A stretch of 64,000 bases of DNA from Waterburya sp. (GTDB lineage Bacteria > Cyanobacteriota > Cyanobacteriia > Cyanobacteriales > Xenococcaceae), in the NCBI GenBank assembly GCA_965217895.1, contig CBDCJV010000002.1:2208001-2272000 (forward strand), written 5' to 3'. The position numbers and the translations under genes were made by a program. Under the pieces are notes generated by a model that saw only the letters and a list, made by a program, of their open reading frames with translations, had not been told where the DNA came from and did no database searches. Within the stretch, counting starts at the first letter, position 1; each line of letters begins with the position of its first letter. Below, piece after piece: positions 61,894 to 64,000 of this stretch.

Positions 61894-62033
61894 TATAGCG
61901 TTTCTCGTATTAACGAGACGCACCTTAGTTCTGTCTGGGGACTAGGAACTGGGAACTAGTTCTTTCCTAATCCCTAATCCCTAATCCCTAAAGGCAATCA
62001 ATTCTGTATCTCATTAGTTTAAGAACTGTTATA
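61894..62033. mobile_element. 140-bp TA-flanked MITE-like element carrying heptamer tandem repeats
   Basis: TATAGCGTTTCTCGTATTAACGAGA ... TCTCATTAGTTTAAGAACTGTTATA (17/25 inverted match); internal (CCTAATC)n. Confidence 0.65.
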
Positions 62034-62069
62034 AAGAAATTAACACAAGTTAAGAGGCTCAATCTATCA

Positions 62070-62354
62070 ATGACATTAACAGAAGTTTTGATTTTACTGC
62101 TTATTGCTGCGATCTGCGGCTCAATTGGGCAATCACTAGTTGGTTATTCAGCAGGAGGTTGTCTTGCTTCAATTTTTGTCGGCATTATTGGAGCTTATTT
62201 AGGGGTTTGGCTAGCCAGAAAATTAAGTTTGCCTATACTGTTCGCCGTTGACGTTGGCGGTCAACCTTTTCCAATTATTTGGTCAATTATCGGTTCGATA
62301 ATATTTGCAGCCATTTTAGGTTTAATCAATCGCTCAATCTCAAGAAGAAGATAA
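62070..62354 (+). CDS. GlsB/YeaQ/YmgE (transglycosylase-associated) membrane protein
   Basis: Gly-rich TM helices, IFVGIIGAYLG, SIIGS. Confidence 0.85.
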   Translation: MTLTEVLILLLIAAICGSIGQSLVGYSAGGCLASIFVGIIGAYLGVWLARKLSLPILFAVDVGGQPFPIIWSIIGSIIFAAILGLINRSISRRR

Positions 62355-62414
62355 GTAAGTGAGCTAATTGCTGTATCTATTCACTAGTTGTTTATCCGAA
62401 CATGGAGGCTATTT

Positions 62415-63140
62415 TTAATAAGCTTGTTCTGAACGATTTCTGAAAAATTTTCCACTCTCTTCAATCGATGTTTCTGTTGCTAACCAAATGGCAGTATCTG
62501 CACCCTGTTCGGGAGTACGAGGCGCGGAATCGCCACCCATATCGGTTCTTACCCAACCTGGACACATGGCATAAACCGCTATGTCTTTTGACTTCAAGGC
62601 GTTAGCCAGTAAGATAGTTGCACCATTAAGAGCGAGTTTTGATAAAGAGTAGCTGGGGACACTGGCTGAGATACTGTCAAGCTGTCCATTACCGCTAGAT
62701 ACATTGATCACTTTAGAATTAGCTGATTTTTCTAATAAAGGAAGAAAGGCTTGAGTAATAACAATTGGACTAAAAGCATTAATGTTCATTGCTTTGGTGA
62801 GTAAATCTCGCGAAACGGTAAGAATATTTACTCCTTGTTGCAATCCCCTTAAGTCAGGATAAATACCCGCATTATTAACCAAGATATCTAAGGAGTGTGT
62901 TCTATTGCTAACGCTGGTTACAGCATTTTTAATACTTTTGTCATCAGCAACATCAAGTTCTACAAGCTGTACCGAGTTATTATCTGTAGATAGTTTTTTA
63001 ATGGCAGCTTTACCTTTATCTGGATCTCTGGCTGCGAGAAAAAGATCAAATCCTGCATCTAGTAATCCTTGGCAGATAGCAAAACCAATACCTTTATTAC
63101 CACCTGTGACTAAAGCTGTTTTTTGTGATTGAGATGACAT
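62415..63140 (-). CDS. Short-chain dehydrogenase (carbonyl reductase-like)
   Basis: TGGNKGIG, NNAG, YSLSK, PGWVRTDMGG. Confidence 0.95.
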   Translation of the reverse strand: MSSQSQKTALVTGGNKGIGFAICQGLLDAGFDLFLAARDPDKGKAAIKKLSTDNNSVQLVELDVADDKSIKNAVTSVSNRTHSLDILVNNAGIYPDLRGLQQGVNILTVSRDLLTKAMNINAFSPIVITQAFLPLLEKSANSKVINVSSGNGQLDSISASVPSYSLSKLALNGATILLANALKSKDIAVYAMCPGWVRTDMGGDSAPRTPEQGADTAIWLATETSIEESGKFFRNRSEQAY

Positions 63141-63181
63141 ATTGTTTTAATTTCTATTGATTAATAATTTGTTAATACTTG

Positions 63182-63718
63182 CTACTTGCTACTTCCATCA
63201 GGTCTTTCCAACCTGACTGCATCTCCCGTATCATCAGTGCGATAAGTCCAATTTTTTAAACCATCGGTAACAACCACCTGATAGCCAGGTGTAATCGCTT
63301 GAGTGCATATTTCATCAGATTTACCAAATCCCAAACAGCCGTCCGACCATTGTTGCTGTTGAACCTCTAAGATTCTCATTGCAGAGACTGTTCTGCTGAT
63401 GCGTTTCACGGCATCATTAAACACAGCCGTTTTGACCGAGAGGGGTGGCGAGGTTGTCTTGGAGGACATTCCCTTGCGCCCTTCGGCGACGCGGGCTTCC
63501 TTTGCTTCCTTGCCATACCCAATCGAGATGTTAACTTTTGCGGGTAGGGTATTAACTTCAGTGGTTGGTAATTCTCCAGATTTTTCTTGGAAACTGGGTG
63601 CAGGAATTAGGCTAGTTTGAGCGATCGCCTTACTCGAAGCTAGCGGATTAGTCCAGGAAATTAGGATCGCACCTATAGTTTTTAAAATTAAGCGTGATAA
63701 TTTATCTTGAGTTATCAT
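63182..63718 (-). CDS. Secreted hypothetical protein
   Basis: Signal peptide; WSDGCLG....EICTQAITPGY..YRTD domain. Confidence 0.75.
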   Translation of the reverse strand: MITQDKLSRLILKTIGAILISWTNPLASSKAIAQTSLIPAPSFQEKSGELPTTEVNTLPAKVNISIGYGKEAKEARVAEGRKGMSSKTTSPPLSVKTAVFNDAVKRISRTVSAMRILEVQQQQWSDGCLGFGKSDEICTQAITPGYQVVVTDGLKNWTYRTDDTGDAVRLERPDGSSK

Positions 63719-63841
63719 AGCTAACCTATTTTTTTATCGAAGCTAAGTAGAGCGACATAATTAAACTGAAAATAGAATTCTCCCAGTCTCCCAGTCTCAA
63801 GCGTCAATCTATACCAAGGTTTATTGTTTCCTGCCTACTTA

Positions 63842-64000
63842 CTACATTTTACTTCTGTCTAAAATTAATACTTTCCTGACGAGCCAAAGGTAGTTTGTAC
63901 CAAGGTAAATTAGGATACTGATGATGCTCCCAATGATACCCAAAATGATAACAAGCAATAAAAGACCAAAATGCTGAGTAATTATTACTTTTTGCTCTAT
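63842..64000 (-). CDS. 3' end of a membrane protein truncated by the window edge
   Basis: Open frame IEQKV..LLLLVIILGIIGSIISILIYLG..SKM*. Confidence 0.5.
   Translation of the reverse strand: MEQKVIITQHFGLLLLVIILGIIGSIISILIYLGTNYLWLVRKVLILDRSKM

Noticed and set aside
2662..63620. Numerous short ORFs antisense to or overlapping well-supported genes
   Set aside because: Shadow ORFs of real coding sequences with no motifs

Overview
AT-rich chromosomal segment from a cyanobacterium: it carries psaE, a flavodiiron gene and a fibrillin, and has dense HIP1 (GCGATCGC) octamers; a Pleurocapsales-like origin is inferred, not shown. Most of it is housekeeping (msrB, psaE, flv3, yebC, comM/yifB, murT, accB, efp, pepP, acnB, two RND efflux systems) plus three toxin-antitoxin loci. 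No rRNA, tRNA, CRISPR array or intact transposase was seen. The most notable observations are: (1) an orphan TnsC/TniB-like AAA+ protein with both Walker motifs destroyed; (2) a PATAN(DUF4388)-small GTPase-roadblock-V4R signalling cluster; (3) short in-frame insertions that split HIP1 sites exactly, inside murT and acnB; (4) a hicAB module flanked by a 120-bp duplication of the comM upstream region and 5' end that stops at a HIP1 site; (5) several MITE-like elements carrying short tandem repeats; (6) an EVE-domain gene lying antisense inside an efflux operon. All family assignments come from recognising motifs by eye; no database search was run.
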